Positions 43,210-43,738 of a DNA stretch of 43,738 nucleotides are shown one piece after another. Position 1 is the first letter of the stretch; every line of letters begins with the position of its first letter. Position numbers and translations under genes: made by a program. Source of the stretch: Patescibacteria group bacterium (lineage in GTDB: Bacteria; Patescibacteriota; Gracilibacteria; Peribacterales; Peribacteraceae); NCBI GenBank assembly GCA_043819035.1, contig JBDRFD010000029.1, forward strand, positions 1 through 43,738, written 5' to 3'. The notes under the pieces were generated by a model, which saw only the letters and a program-made list of their open reading frames with translations, was not told the DNA's origin and did not search any database.

Positions 43210-43560
43210 TTATAGCTGGTTATATTTGTGGTGCTTGCCTTTGGATTTGCTGACAGGATACTTATTGGCATTCTTCTGCAGTTTTTCCTCCATAGCCTGC
43301 AGCAAATCAATTCCCAAGTTATCCGAGAATTCAAAGAGATAAATGGCCACATCTGCTATCTCTTCTCCTATCTCATCTTGGTGTGTTTTTACGTACTCTT
43401 CTACTTCTTCCTTGTCTTTCCATTGGAAATGTTCCAGCAGTTCAGCAGCTTCAATTGTGATTGAGGCTGCCATACTCTTCGGATCGTGAAACTGCATCCA
43501 GTCACGTTCGTCGCGAAATGCTCTGATCTGTCTCAAAATTGTATTAAAATCTATCATCAT
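43210..43560 (-). CDS. MazG-like nucleotide pyrophosphohydrolase (small all-alpha NTP-PPase)
   Basis: FRDERDWMQFHDPKSMAASITIEAAELLEHFQW...EEIADVAIYL carries the E-x-x-E...E-x-x-D metal-binding pattern. Its stop lies 2 nt before the DUF2075 start. Confidence 0.85.
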   Translation of the reverse strand: MMIDFNTILRQIRAFRDERDWMQFHDPKSMAASITIEAAELLEHFQWKDKEEVEEYVKTHQDEIGEEIADVAIYLFEFSDNLGIDLLQAMEEKLQKNANKYPVSKSKGKHHKYNQL

Positions 43561-43738
43561 AGGTAAAGAATAGCAGAATGCAATAATCGTGATAAATTAT
43601 CAGAACTGTCCAAAGAAACTTTAGAACAAACTTGGTTGCGGACCAGCTCTGATGCGCAGCCGATTGAGTGTATTTGGCCTCAATGAGGCTAATTCGACGA
43701 ATTGAACTCTATGGAGAATGACGGTGGCAATCATTCGT

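Overview
This 43.7-kb bacterial window uses the standard genetic code: TGA, TAG and TAA all terminate conserved genes. Housekeeping genes mostly lack Shine-Dalgarno sequences, and there are many hypothetical surface proteins, so it resembles an uncultivated small-genome (CPR/Patescibacteria-like) lineage. That taxonomic placement is a guess. Recognisable core genes are ssb (partial, two OB folds), dnaE, tsaC/sua5, nrdR, aspS, tRNA-Leu(UAG), mfd, dnaN, a GlmU-like nucleotidyltransferase and a ComEC-type metallo-beta-lactamase protein. A DnaA-box cluster (oriC-like) lies upstream of dnaN. The accessory content falls into six groups. (1) A tightly coupled five-gene operon (1292..11239) encodes large Cys-rich proteins, each with an N-terminal signal or anchor segment. 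It has no recognisable family, carries one HExxH motif, and is followed by a type IV pilin-like gene. (2) A HepT/MntA toxin-antitoxin cassette. (3) A 3.5-kb islet holds an IS200-type tnpA, a lipoprotein and a His/Asp/Ser-repeat protein whose repeats continue past an in-frame TAG. (4) A lower-GC right-hand island (about 37.0..43.7 kb) carries a MazG-like / GIY-YIG-DUF2075 ATPase / TM0106 RecB-like nuclease gene string, a candidate defence module. The island also has two ~155-nt structured inverted repeats bracketing an orphan gene. (5) Several families of intergenic palindromes are built from tandem 7-9-mers, and some extend in frame into dnaE and mfd. (6) In four separate cases a gene 3' end is duplicated on the far side of an inserted segment (pilin, K/E-rich gene, tRNA-Leu, dnaN). 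All homology calls rest on motifs read from the translations; no database search was run.
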